Of a DNA stretch of 64,000 nucleotides, positions 36,183-45,970 are shown piece after piece. The notes under the pieces were generated by a model. That model was given only the letters and a program-made list of their open reading frames with translations. It searched no databases and was not told where the DNA came from. The stretch lies in NCBI GenBank assembly GCA_034414575.1, contig DAOULZ010000001.1:4458-68457 (forward strand). The letters run 5' to 3'. The translations under genes were made by a program, and so were the position numbers. This stretch comes from Dehalococcoidales bacterium (GTDB lineage: Bacteria; Chloroflexota; Dehalococcoidia; Dehalococcoidales; UBA5760). Position 1 is the first letter of the stretch. Each line of letters begins with the position of its first letter.

Positions 36183-37325
36183 CTATTTCCCTTTTTTAAA
36201 AAGCATAATGTATTCGTGCTTGAAGACATAAAAGCCACCAACCAACGCCCGGTATCGCCAAAGTTCCCTTTGGTTTCTCTTAGCCCGTGTTTCCTCAAAG
36301 TTTTTGACTATTATGCCCTTTAGTGAGTATTTTCTTTTTAAAACTTCCTCCATACAATAGAAACCCAAGGGTATCCATTCACCCCTGGAATATTTATCTC
36401 CTATAACAAGAGTAAAATATCTTCCCTTCTCCAAGAATAAAGCCGCATTATCCACTACCTCACCAAACATTTTCAGGAATTCACCAACATTTTCAGCCTG
36501 AGAGAGGTCTCTTCGGTTTTTAGAAAAGCCGATAATGTCGTAATAGGGGGGATGCATAATAAGAAGTTGAACCTGCTTTACGCCATATTTTTCAAGAATT
36601 TTTTCAATATTCACAGTTCTGCTATCTTCAGGGATAACTTCAGTGGTTACACCATATTTATTAATTTCCTTCTCCACTAACTCCTTTGCTTTCCCAGCCA
36701 CTTCAGGATTTAGCTCTATCCCAATGCCATTTCTTCCCAACCTGCGGCATTCAATCAGTGTTGTTCCACTACCAACAAAAGTATCTAAAATCCAATCTCC
36801 TCTCTTGGTATATCTGAGCATCATTTGGTGGGGAATCTGTGGAATAAAGTTTCCCCAATACCAACCAAGATGAGCGCCCGCAGTGTCTCGCTTATCAAAC
36901 ACCCAAAGACTATCAGTAATGATGTCATCATATTCCTTCCATCTCAGAAGGTTTATATCGCTAACTTTGTTAGTCTTAGTCCTTTGAACTCCGCTCTGCA
37001 ATCTCTTCAAGTAATATTTAGCTCTCTCGATGGTCTGTGCCTCTAAAATCTGATCCAGCTCTGAAATAAGCACATCCCTACGCAAAGAGACAGTGTCGCC
37101 ATTTGAATCGATGTTTAATATGCCTTCTTGGTCGTCCCTAGGGAAAGATATAACCCATTTTAACGAGACAACCCCATTCTTTAGCCGAGTCAAATCGGTT
37201 ATATCGCCGTACTCTTCTAGAATCCCTACAAACCTCTCTTTGTTCAGAATGGCAAGACCCGAAACCGGGGAGGCTAACTCTAAACTTTCAAAAAGTCTTG
37301 GCTCTACTCTACGGTTATTTTTCAT
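36183..37325 (-). CDS. N4-cytosine/N6-adenine DNA methyltransferase with N-terminal extension
   Basis: GNFIPQIP, SAM-binding LDTFVGSGTT, GIELN, catalytic-type MHPPY, HEYIMLFKK; AT-rich. Confidence 0.9.
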   Translation of the reverse strand: MKNNRRVEPRLFESLELASPVSGLAILNKERFVGILEEYGDITDLTRLKNGVVSLKWVISFPRDDQEGILNIDSNGDTVSLRRDVLISELDQILEAQTIERAKYYLKRLQSGVQRTKTNKVSDINLLRWKEYDDIITDSLWVFDKRDTAGAHLGWYWGNFIPQIPHQMMLRYTKRGDWILDTFVGSGTTLIECRRLGRNGIGIELNPEVAGKAKELVEKEINKYGVTTEVIPEDSRTVNIEKILEKYGVKQVQLLIMHPPYYDIIGFSKNRRDLSQAENVGEFLKMFGEVVDNAALFLEKGRYFTLVIGDKYSRGEWIPLGFYCMEEVLKRKYSLKGIIVKNFEETRAKRNQRELWRYRALVGGFYVFKHEYIMLFKKGK

Positions 37326-37370
37326 AACTTTTTCCTTTTGCCTATTCTACCACCCAAATCTAAGGAGATT

Positions 37371-38285
37371 CTACCCAAGCTCCTCAAGCACCCGCTCCAG
37401 GTCCGGCGGCAGATTGGAGGTAAACTCTTTATACTCACCACTGGCGGGCAGCTTGAAGCCCAGGCGGCAGGCGTGGAGGAAGAGGCGGGGTAAGCGCTCT
37501 GACCTGGCCCCGTAGACCCTATCGCCAAAGACCGGATAGCCAATCGCCGCTAGGTGCACCCGAATCTGGTGGGTGCGTCCAGTCTCCGGTCTTACCTCAA
37601 GCAGGGTATAGTCCCCGATGTGCCTTAAGACGTGATAGTTGGTTCTTGCATCCCGCCCTCTAGCCTCAGCCACCACCGCCATGCGCTTCCGATGGCGGGA
37701 GTCACGCCCGATGGGTGCCTCAATCACCCCGTCACCCGGAGTGAGGCACCCCTTAACCAGCACCAGATAAGCCTTCACTACCGAGCGGGCTTTGAACTGG
37801 GAAGTCAGATTTAGCTGAGCTTCTCTACTCTTAGCCACCACCATCAGCCCGGAGGCATCCTTATCCAGGCGGTGCACTACCCCGGGACGACGAAAATCAT
37901 CACTCTCCGGCAAACGGGGGACTCGCGACAGGATAGCATTAATCAGGGTATGGCTGGGGTGACCCGGCGCCGGGTGAACCGTCAGCCCGGCCGGCTTATC
38001 CACAACTAAAAGGTCATTATCCTCATAGAGGATATTTAGCGGCATCGCTTCCGGCGACGGGGACTCCTCAGGAGGCGGTAGCGTAACCCTTACCCTATCA
38101 CCGGCATCGAGTTTCAAGCTGGCTTTAGCCACCTGCTCGTTAACTGTAACCAGGCCGTCGCTAACCAGCTTCTGGGCCTGGGTACGGGAAAGCTCGGGGC
38201 ACTTCTCCGCCACATACCTATCAAGGCGCATCCCAGGCTCGCCAACTACCAGGCTAACCACCTTAAGAGCGGGTATCAACCTCAC
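37371..38285 (-). CDS. rluD: RluA/RluD family 23S rRNA pseudouridine synthase
   Basis: S4 domain RLDRYV, DKPAGLTVHP, GVVHRLDKDASG, TGRTHQIRVH. Confidence 0.93.
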   Translation of the reverse strand: MRLIPALKVVSLVVGEPGMRLDRYVAEKCPELSRTQAQKLVSDGLVTVNEQVAKASLKLDAGDRVRVTLPPPEESPSPEAMPLNILYEDNDLLVVDKPAGLTVHPAPGHPSHTLINAILSRVPRLPESDDFRRPGVVHRLDKDASGLMVVAKSREAQLNLTSQFKARSVVKAYLVLVKGCLTPGDGVIEAPIGRDSRHRKRMAVVAEARGRDARTNYHVLRHIGDYTLLEVRPETGRTHQIRVHLAAIGYPVFGDRVYGARSERLPRLFLHACRLGFKLPASGEYKEFTSNLPPDLERVLEELG

Positions 38286-38290
38286 CCCCT

Positions 38291-38827
38291 TTAGGCTGCG
38301 GGAGAACCGCTGTCGTTACGCGAGGCCACCTGCTTCTCCCTAACGAGGAGATAGATCAGGAAGCCAGCGAATACCGAAGTGCCCGTGGTTATTGAGGCAT
38401 CAGCCACATTAAACGCCGGGAAGGTGCCAACCCCAATAAAGTCGGTAACGTAGCCCAAGCTTAACCGGTCAATCAGGTTACCTACCGTGCCACCGAGAAC
38501 CACGCCCAGCGCCGCCATGCTTATCCCGTTATTCAGGAAGGCATACCGACGGCGAACATAGAAGGTGTAGAACAGAATAACAGCCGCCCCGATAAAGCTA
38601 ACTATGGTCAGTGGAAAGGTATGATTCTGAAATATGCCGAAAGCAGCCCCGGTATTTTGGACATGAGTCAGCCGCAGAAATCCCTCTTCAGGTAACGATT
38701 GCCCGACCGCCAGGTTAGACCGTATCCATGCCTTGCTGAGCTGGTCACCAACCGCTATCGCCAGGGCAACAAGGAAAAAGACTACCGTTCGCCACCACTT
38801 ACCCCAGAAACTACTTACCCTTCGCAT
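38291..38827 (-). CDS. lspA: Lipoprotein signal peptidase
   Basis: DQLSK, NTGAAFG, GGTVGNLIDR, VTDFI, FNVAD. Start moved to ATG 38827, which overlaps the dksA stop. Confidence 0.93.
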   Translation of the reverse strand: MRRVSSFWGKWWRTVVFFLVALAIAVGDQLSKAWIRSNLAVGQSLPEEGFLRLTHVQNTGAAFGIFQNHTFPLTIVSFIGAAVILFYTFYVRRRYAFLNNGISMAALGVVLGGTVGNLIDRLSLGYVTDFIGVGTFPAFNVADASITTGTSVFAGFLIYLLVREKQVASRNDSGSPAA

Positions 38828-39179
38828 CCTTTGCCTGACTAGCCTTACAATCCAAGCACAGGCTTGCTTGGGGGAGAGCATCCAGCCTTTCCGGGGGGAT
38901 AGGCTGGCCACAATTGTCACACAGGCCATAGGTCCCCTGCTCAAACTTGGCTAGCGCGTGCTCAACTGCCGTCAGTTGGTCTATAATACGCTTCTCCAGC
39001 TCAAGGCGCGTCTCCAGCTCAGCCGCCTCGGTAGCTTCTTCCTCTCTCTTACCAAAGGGACTGCCCTCCCGCCTCTCATCCGCCGGCCGGACACTGGCCT
39101 TTAATTGCTCCAACTCTTGAGTTAAACGCTTTTGCTCACTCTCCAAACGAGCGCGAAGTAAATCGTAGTTAGTAGCCAC
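38811..39179 (-). CDS. dksA: TraR/DksA C4-type zinc-finger protein
   Basis: Coiled coil, then GTYGLCDNCGQPIPPERLDALP.ASLCLDC; SD GAGGAGG. Confidence 0.85.
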   Translation of the reverse strand: MATNYDLLRARLESEQKRLTQELEQLKASVRPADERREGSPFGKREEEATEAAELETRLELEKRIIDQLTAVEHALAKFEQGTYGLCDNCGQPIPPERLDALPQASLCLDCKASQAKDAKGK

Positions 39180-39560
39180 TCTAGCCTCCTCTCCAGCTCA
39201 CCTGTCAAATTCTAAGACATCCTCCTGCGACCAGCCTTATCTAAGAAGTCGCCAAGTAAGCCATTATACTAAGTGGCAAATAATAAAGCAATCATCGCAC
39301 CATAAAATTGGTCAATGGTGCTCTCTATCTTCCGAATAAAAATTACCCCTGGTGGGTAAAATAAACCCATTAAACACCAGGGTGTCTATAACTTTACACC
39401 TTAAGTTTATAATAACTAATCTACTTTATCAATACCCCACCGACAGTATTTAACAGCCGGTTAGCACTAGTATAAACGCTATGACTAATCGCAAACTAAA
39501 CAAGGGCCATAATTGTGATATACTATACCAGCTATCGTGAATATAAGCGAGGCAAAATGA

Positions 39561-40400
39561 ATGGCAGAGTTACTTTTTGGCACCGGCGGCATCCCTCACA
39601 GCGCCAAGCAACCGGCTACCGTCTCTGGAATTGAACGGATCCATGAGCTCGGACTTGGCTGCATGGAGCTAGAGTTTGTCCAAGGAGTAAGGATGAGCGA
39701 GGCGGCAGCTTATCAGGTAGCCGAAACCGCCGCCAGGACCGGTATCAAGCTATCCGCCCATGCCCCCTACTTCATAAATCTCAACGCCCACGAGCCAGAA
39801 AAGATAGGTTCAAGCCAAGAGCGGCTTCTGAAAACAGCCTATGTTGCCTCTCTGTGCGGGGCGGAAAGTATTGTTTTCCACGCTGCTTTTTACCTCGGGG
39901 ACCCTCCCCACAAAACCTACCAGATGGTCAGGCAAAACCTAGCCAAGATATTAGACCAGCTAAAAAATAAAAACCACAAGCTGTGGCTCAGACCCGAAGT
40001 CACGGGTAAGCCCAGCCAGTTCGGAACCATAGCCGAAATCCTTGACCTATGCACCGACCTTGAGGGACTGGCTCCCTGCATCGACTTTGCCCACTGGCAC
40101 GCCCGGACGGGAGAGTTTAATTCCTACCCGGAGTTTGCCTCTGTCCTCGAGCAGGTTGAGCAACGACTGGGGAGAGCTGCCCTGGATAACATGCATATCC
40201 ACATTTCTGGCATCAGGTACGGCAAGAAGGGAGAACTGGGCCATCTGAACCTAAGAGACTCAGACCTGGGGTACGTCCAGCTTCTCCAGGCACTAAAGGA
40301 CTACGAGGCCAAGGGTCTACTCATCTGCGAAAGCCCTAACCTCGAAGAGGATGCTCAACTTCTTAAGCTAACCTATCAGAGCTTAACAAAGGGGCCGTAA
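39561..40400 (+). CDS. nfo: Endonuclease IV-like AP endonuclease (TIM barrel)
   Basis: SAHAPYFINL, VFHAAFY, RPEVTGK..QFG, CIDFAH, HIHISGI, ICESP. Confidence 0.85.
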   Translation: MAELLFGTGGIPHSAKQPATVSGIERIHELGLGCMELEFVQGVRMSEAAAYQVAETAARTGIKLSAHAPYFINLNAHEPEKIGSSQERLLKTAYVASLCGAESIVFHAAFYLGDPPHKTYQMVRQNLAKILDQLKNKNHKLWLRPEVTGKPSQFGTIAEILDLCTDLEGLAPCIDFAHWHARTGEFNSYPEFASVLEQVEQRLGRAALDNMHIHISGIRYGKKGELGHLNLRDSDLGYVQLLQALKDYEAKGLLICESPNLEEDAQLLKLTYQSLTKGP

Positions 40401-40563
40401 CTGTCTTTGGGTATAACTCAAATCACTCGATTCGGGGGTAGTTCTAAAGCCCACCATATGATAGGGAAGCCTGTGTTTTCCCTTTACAAATATTTCTGAT
40501 ATAATTAGGCTGGTGTAGGGGCAGTGTCCTGAGCCGATAGAAGATTAACACCGAAGGTGAAGG

Positions 40564-42492
40564 ATGAAATTTGGTTTGAATCGCAACCTGATAATCTTTA
40601 TCGCTGTGCTCACCGTGGCCATAGCTCTTTTCTCCTATTTCTCACCTCAAGCTAACGAACCTGAGGAAGTCAGCCTCGATGAGACTATCGCCATGTCTCA
40701 GAATGGCGAGATAGGAAAAATTGTGCTCGATGGCGAAGAACTACTCATTACCACCACTGCCGATACCGAGCTAAAAGCAGTCATTGGCAGCCTGAGCTTG
40801 GTTGACCTCCAGGAGCTAGGCCTCAACCTAGAGGGGGTTGATTGGGAAGTCAAGCCATCGGGATTTAACTGGGCTAGCTTAGCGCTGAACTTTCTCCCCC
40901 TCATGATCTTTGGTGGCTTGCTATTCTTTCTCTTCCGCAGGGCACAAGGAGCGAACACCCAGGCGATGAATTTTGGCCGCAGCCGAGCTCGACTGTTTGC
41001 CTCTCAGACACCTACGGTAACCTTTGATGATGTCGCCGGCGTAGATGAGGCTAAGCAGGAAGTTCATGAAGTAGTGGAGTTTCTCAAGTCAAGGGAGAAA
41101 TTCCAGAGACTGGGTGCCCGTATCCCCAGAGGGTTACTTCTGATTGGTCCACCAGGCACAGGGAAGACCTTACTGGCCCGAGCCATAGCTGGTGAGGCCG
41201 GCGTGCCCTTCTTCTCTATAAGCGGTAGTGAGTTCGTAGAGATGTTTGTCGGCGTCGGTGCCTCCCGGGTGCGCGACCTCTTTGAGCAGGCGAAACGTAA
41301 CGCCCCCTGCCTTATCTTCATTGATGAGATTGATGCCGTCGGCCGTCACCGCGGTGCTGGACTGGGTGGTGGCCATGATGAACGGGAACAAACCCTCAAT
41401 CAGATCCTCACCGAGATGGATGGCTTTGATACCAATACTAACGTGATTGTTATCTCGGCTACCAACCGACCGGATATACTTGACCCCGCTTTACTTCGCC
41501 CGGGTCGCTTCGACCGCCGTGTTATCCTTGATCGGCCCGATATCAACGGTCGTGCCGCCATTCTTAAGGTTCACGCCAATGGTAAACCTCTGGCCAAGTC
41601 GGTCAATCTGGAGGTACTAGCAAAGCAGACCGCCGGTTTCAGCGGGGCTGACCTTGCCAACCTAGTCAATGAGGCAGCTATTCTGGCGGCCCGACGGGGC
41701 AAGGATACCATTGACATGCAGGAACTAGATGAGTCTATCGACCGGGTGATTGCTGGCCCGGAGAGAAAGAGCCGGCGGATAAGCCCCAAGGAAAAAGAGA
41801 TCACCGCCTATCATGAGGCCGGACATGCCCTGGTCGCCAAAAGGCTACCCAATGCTGACCCGGTTCATAAAATCTCAATCGTGGCTAGGGGAATATCACT
41901 CGGCCACACCAGGCAGCTACCCACCGAGGACCGCTACCTAATGACACGCTCTCAATTCATGGACATGCTGGCTACCCTCCTGGCGGGATACACTGCGGAG
42001 AAGCTGATCTTCAACGAGATGTCCACCGGGGCTGCTGATGATATTGAGCGGGCGACCATGATTGCCCGTAAGATGGCTACTGATTACGGCATGAGTGATA
42101 AACTGGGGCCACGAACCTTCGGGCATAAGGAGGAGCTAGTCTTCCTCGGCCGTGAAATCACCGAGCAGAGGAACTACAGCGAGAAGATAGCCCAGGTGAT
42201 TGATGAGGAAGTCCATAATCTCATCGAGCACGCCTCCCAGGTAGCCACCAAGATTCTGACAAAAAACAAAGATAGACTAATAAAGATCACCAAAGCGCTC
42301 ATCGCTAAGGAGACCCTGGAGGGCGAAGAGCTTGAGGCAGTACTCAGCGAGTCGGTCGCTCCATCCCCTAAAGTAGCTCGTGCCAAAACGGTAACAACGC
42401 CGACAAAGACTAAGGCCAAGACCAAGGCTGTGACTGAGAAAGTCAAAATCCTGCCTGAGCCCCCCGCCGAAACCAGCCCGGGCTATGCTTAG
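40564..42492 (+). CDS. ftsH: ATP-dependent zinc metalloprotease FtsH
   Basis: Two TM helices, [17 protein letters not shown] ([20 protein letters not shown]), HEAGH. Confidence 0.98.
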   Translation: MKFGLNRNLIIFIAVLTVAIALFSYFSPQANEPEEVSLDETIAMSQNGEIGKIVLDGEELLITTTADTELKAVIGSLSLVDLQELGLNLEGVDWEVKPSGFNWASLALNFLPLMIFGGLLFFLFRRAQGANTQAMNFGRSRARLFASQTPTVTFDDVAGVDEAKQEVHEVVEFLKSREKFQRLGARIPRGLLLIGPPGTGKTLLARAIAGEAGVPFFSISGSEFVEMFVGVGASRVRDLFEQAKRNAPCLIFIDEIDAVGRHRGAGLGGGHDEREQTLNQILTEMDGFDTNTNVIVISATNRPDILDPALLRPGRFDRRVILDRPDINGRAAILKVHANGKPLAKSVNLEVLAKQTAGFSGADLANLVNEAAILAARRGKDTIDMQELDESIDRVIAGPERKSRRISPKEKEITAYHEAGHALVAKRLPNADPVHKISIVARGISLGHTRQLPTEDRYLMTRSQFMDMLATLLAGYTAEKLIFNEMSTGAADDIERATMIARKMATDYGMSDKLGPRTFGHKEELVFLGREITEQRNYSEKIAQVIDEEVHNLIEHASQVATKILTKNKDRLIKITKALIAKETLEGEELEAVLSESVAPSPKVARAKTVTTPTKTKAKTKAVTEKVKILPEPPAETSPGYA

Positions 42493-42558
42493 CCTTACCC
42501 AAGATAGCCCCATAGCACTCGAGGGGCAAATTTAACCTCTAAAAGACGTGAGAGAACT

Positions 42559-42969
42559 ATGGGTATGGTCGTAATTACCGAAGAGCCGATTTCCCCCGAA
42601 ACTACCGTTAATCAAGCCAAGACTAAAAAGAGTGGTGGCGTCATCACCTACGTCGGGCTGATTCGGGAAAGCTCCCGGGGCAAGCCAGTCCTCTCCGTAG
42701 AATACAGTAACCCCGAGAGTAAAGCAGAACAAAGGCTTGAGCAGATAGTCAGCGATGCCAAGCGAAGATGGGCAGTAAATAACATCGCCATCTGTCACCG
42801 AATCGGCAAGTTAAAGGTGGGTGATATCAACCTAGTTGTAGCCGTAGCTTCGGCTCACCGCCAGGGAGGATTCGCTGCCTGCCAGTACGTTATTGACCAG
42901 TTCAAAGAGAAACTGCCGACTCACAAAGTAGAAACTTATCGAGATGGCAGCACCTTTACTCAAGGGTAA
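42559..42969 (+). CDS. moaE: Molybdopterin synthase catalytic subunit MoaE
   Basis: GGVITYVGLIR, HRIGKLKVGD, SAHR, K.E motif. Confidence 0.85.
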   Translation: MGMVVITEEPISPETTVNQAKTKKSGGVITYVGLIRESSRGKPVLSVEYSNPESKAEQRLEQIVSDAKRRWAVNNIAICHRIGKLKVGDINLVVAVASAHRQGGFAACQYVIDQFKEKLPTHKVETYRDGSTFTQG

Positions 42970-42981
42970 AAACTAACATCT

Positions 42982-43950
42982 CTACTTCTTCCGCGCCACC
43001 ACATATTGAGCCAGTTCTTCTAGCGACCTCCGAGCCGGATTTGCCGGCAAAAGGCCAAGATGGCGACAAGCTCTTAGACAATAATCTGAGGCAACCTGGT
43101 GGCATTCTTCAAGCAACCCAGAGTCAGTTACCAACTCTATGGCCAGCCTTACATTCTCCTGCCGGTCGCCTTCATGCTGAAAAAGCCGCCTTATCGGATT
43201 ATCACCCGGGTAGCGCTCCAGAACCAGCATGGCGGGCAGAGTCAGGGTGCCTTCAGCCAGGTCGGAGCCGGTAGGCTTACCCATTTCTGCCTCATCACCA
43301 ATAAAATCCAGGATATCATCGACAATCTGGAAAGCGATGCCCAAACTATAACCGTACTCCCTTAACGCCGCAACCATCCTCGGCGGTGCCTGACTCAGAA
43401 TAGCCCCGGACTCAGTAGCCAGGGTAATCAAGGAAGCCGTCTTCGCCGAAATCCTGGCCAGGTACTGCTCCCGCGTCTGCCCCAGATTAAAGGCATTAAA
43501 AGCCTGGCCCAGCTCCCCGTCGGCAATAGTCATAATAGTCTGGGCAAAGAGCCTGACGACGTGCAGATTTTGAGTCTCGCTGACGAGTTCTTCAGCCCTA
43601 GCGAGGAGATAGTCCCCGAGGAGAATGGCTTTATCCTCGCCCCATATCTTGTTAATCGTGGGACGACCGCGCCGAAGCAGGGAATGGTCAATAGCGTCAT
43701 CATGAACCAGGGTTGCCGTATGCAAGACCTCCACCGCCACCGCCATCGGTAGCAGGTAACCAAGGTCGTAATCACAAAACTTGCCCGACAGAAGAACCAG
43801 CGCCGGTCGGATCCTCTTGCCGCCACCTCCCAGGCTATGCGCCAGAAGCTCAGCTAGCCAGGGAGAGCTAACTTCAGCAACTCCCTTTAGCCTAGTCTCC
43901 ACCTCAGCTAAGTCCTCTTGAATCGGCTCGTAAATGGTTTTTAGTGACAA
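42982..43950 (-). CDS. Polyprenyl diphosphate synthase (HepT/IspB-like)
   Basis: GGKRIRP, LVHDDAID..LRRG, KTA, FQIVDDILD, GKPTGSDL.EG. Confidence 0.93.
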   Translation of the reverse strand: MSLKTIYEPIQEDLAEVETRLKGVAEVSSPWLAELLAHSLGGGGKRIRPALVLLSGKFCDYDLGYLLPMAVAVEVLHTATLVHDDAIDHSLLRRGRPTINKIWGEDKAILLGDYLLARAEELVSETQNLHVVRLFAQTIMTIADGELGQAFNAFNLGQTREQYLARISAKTASLITLATESGAILSQAPPRMVAALREYGYSLGIAFQIVDDILDFIGDEAEMGKPTGSDLAEGTLTLPAMLVLERYPGDNPIRRLFQHEGDRQENVRLAIELVTDSGLLEECHQVASDYCLRACRHLGLLPANPARRSLEELAQYVVARKK

Positions 43951-43966
43951 AACTATCCCCCACCTA

Positions 43967-45682
43967 CTAACTACGACTCTGCCCTAAACGGCTGACTTCG
44001 TCTGCTATCAAATCCTCGTCTAACTTAGAGAATAGAGGCTTCGGGGAAAGCAACTTCTGACCCGATACCGGGAAACCCGGCTGCCAGCCATAATCTTCAA
44101 TACCACCCCCAAAGCCGAGAAATTTGTGCAGCCGCTGAGAGCTAAAGGGCAGGAAGGGATACAGGGCTATTCTCAAGCAAGAGATAACCGAGATGGCATC
44201 ATATAAAGCATCGGCGGCAGCTTGCTTATCTTCCTTAATTACCTTCCACGGCGATTTCTCATCGAGATAACGGTTTGCTTCTTGAGCCAGTGTCATCGCC
44301 TGCCTCAGCGCCAGCTTAAACTGGCACCGCCCCAGGCTTTCGTCCATAGACTTCAGGATAGCCCCACAATTAACCTGTAACTGCGTAGCGTAATCAATGC
44401 CGTAACTCGGCTCCGGGACGCAGCCCCCGAAGCTACGGTAGGTAAAGGTGAGTACCCGATGCACCAGATTTCCGTAGGTGGCCACCAGCTCGTCATTATT
44501 ACGCCGCACAAACTCACGCCAGGAAAAATCGGTATCACTGGTCTCCGGCATACCTACCGACAGCAAATAGCGCAGCGGGTCCGGGTCGTAACGCTCCAGG
44601 TAATCGGGCAGCCAGACGGCCCAGTTGCGGCTGGTGGAGAGCTTCCTACCCTCAATCATTAAGAACTCATTGGCCGGGACATCATAGGGCAGATTCAGGC
44701 CTCCGTAACCCATCAGCATCGCCGGCCAGATGATAGTATGAAAGACGATATTATCCTTACCGATAAAGTTATATATCCTGACAGAACTGTCCTGCCAGTA
44801 GTCCCGCCACTTCTCCGTATCACCTCGAGACTGAGCCCACTCCTTAGTTGCCGAAAGGTAACCAATGACCGCCTCAAACCAGACGTAGAGACGCTTGTCC
44901 TCAAAGCCCGCTACCGGCACCGGCACTCCCCAGTCTATATCACGGGTAATCGCCCGATCCTTCAGCCCCCCCTCAAGATAACGCAGCGTGAAGTTGAGGA
45001 CATTCTGCCGCCAGTGGCTCTGCTGGCGCACCCACGCGAGAAGCCTATCCTGAAAAGCCGAGAGCCGAAAGAAGAAGTGCTCCGAATCTTTAAACTCAGG
45101 GGTGGTATTACAGAAGGAGCAGCGCGGGCTAGCCAGCTCAGCCGGGTTAATCGGCTTACCACACTGGTCACACTGGTCACCCCGTGCTCCGGGGGACTGG
45201 CAGTAGGGGCAGACACCCTCAATATAGCGGTCGGACAGAAAGCGCCGGCAGTGAGGACAGAAAGGCTGTGACACCGTAGCCTTATAGATGTAACCCCTAT
45301 TAAGCAGGGTCAGGAAAACGTCCTGGGCTACCGCAGCATGGTTTGCTGTGCCGGTAGTGGTAAACAGGTCAAAAGAGATGCCAAATCGCTTAAACGAGTC
45401 CAGAAATTCTTGGTGATACCGGGCAGCTATCTCCTCAGGCCTGGTTCCCTCTCTTTCCGCCCTCAGAGTTATCGGAGTACCATGCTGGTCAGAACCCGAT
45501 ACCATCAAAACCTGGTTACCCTTGAGGCGATGATAGCGGGCAAATATATCTGCCGGCAGATACGCCCCCGCAATCTGCCCGAGATGTAACGAGCCATTGG
45601 CATACGGCCAGGCTACCCCTATTAGTATCCTCTCCACCATTAAATCTGCCTCTTTGACTAGCGATGTTGCCTCGCCAGCCAA
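43967..45682 (-). CDS. metG: Methionine--tRNA ligase (short form, two zinc knuckles)
   Basis: AWPYANGSLHLG, SGSDQHG, RDIDWG, YVWFEA, GKDNIVFH, KLSTS. Confidence 0.97.
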   Translation of the reverse strand: MAGEATSLVKEADLMVERILIGVAWPYANGSLHLGQIAGAYLPADIFARYHRLKGNQVLMVSGSDQHGTPITLRAEREGTRPEEIAARYHQEFLDSFKRFGISFDLFTTTGTANHAAVAQDVFLTLLNRGYIYKATVSQPFCPHCRRFLSDRYIEGVCPYCQSPGARGDQCDQCGKPINPAELASPRCSFCNTTPEFKDSEHFFFRLSAFQDRLLAWVRQQSHWRQNVLNFTLRYLEGGLKDRAITRDIDWGVPVPVAGFEDKRLYVWFEAVIGYLSATKEWAQSRGDTEKWRDYWQDSSVRIYNFIGKDNIVFHTIIWPAMLMGYGGLNLPYDVPANEFLMIEGRKLSTSRNWAVWLPDYLERYDPDPLRYLLSVGMPETSDTDFSWREFVRRNNDELVATYGNLVHRVLTFTYRSFGGCVPEPSYGIDYATQLQVNCGAILKSMDESLGRCQFKLALRQAMTLAQEANRYLDEKSPWKVIKEDKQAAADALYDAISVISCLRIALYPFLPFSSQRLHKFLGFGGGIEDYGWQPGFPVSGQKLLSPKPLFSKLDEDLIADEVSRLGQSRS

Positions 45683-45698
45683 TACCGGAATTACCCAT

Positions 45699-45899
45699 CT
45701 ACTCCGGGAAGAAAGTTAATACTTGCTCCCGCCTGTCTTCCCGGTACCGGGCGTACCCCTTCTCCAAACAACAATTAATACACAGACTTACGGTAACACC
45801 ATCCGACTCTTCAATAACCAGATAACGCTCGGCATGCGGGATAACACGCTGACAGCCACCACACCGAACGTTACCTAACGATATACACCCTCGACGCAT
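45699..45899 (-). CDS. Small Cys-rich hypothetical protein (putative zinc finger)
   Basis: 66 aa with CGGC and CINC pairs; sits between rsmI and metG on the same strand. Confidence 0.7.
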   Translation of the reverse strand: MRRGCISLGNVRCGGCQRVIPHAERYLVIEESDGVTVSLCINCCLEKGYARYREDRREQVLTFFPE

Positions 45900-45970
45900 T
45901 CTATAGCCTCCAAGTCAACATAAACTCCTGATAACAAAATCAGGTTAGCCGAAGCGCAAAAACCGAGTGC

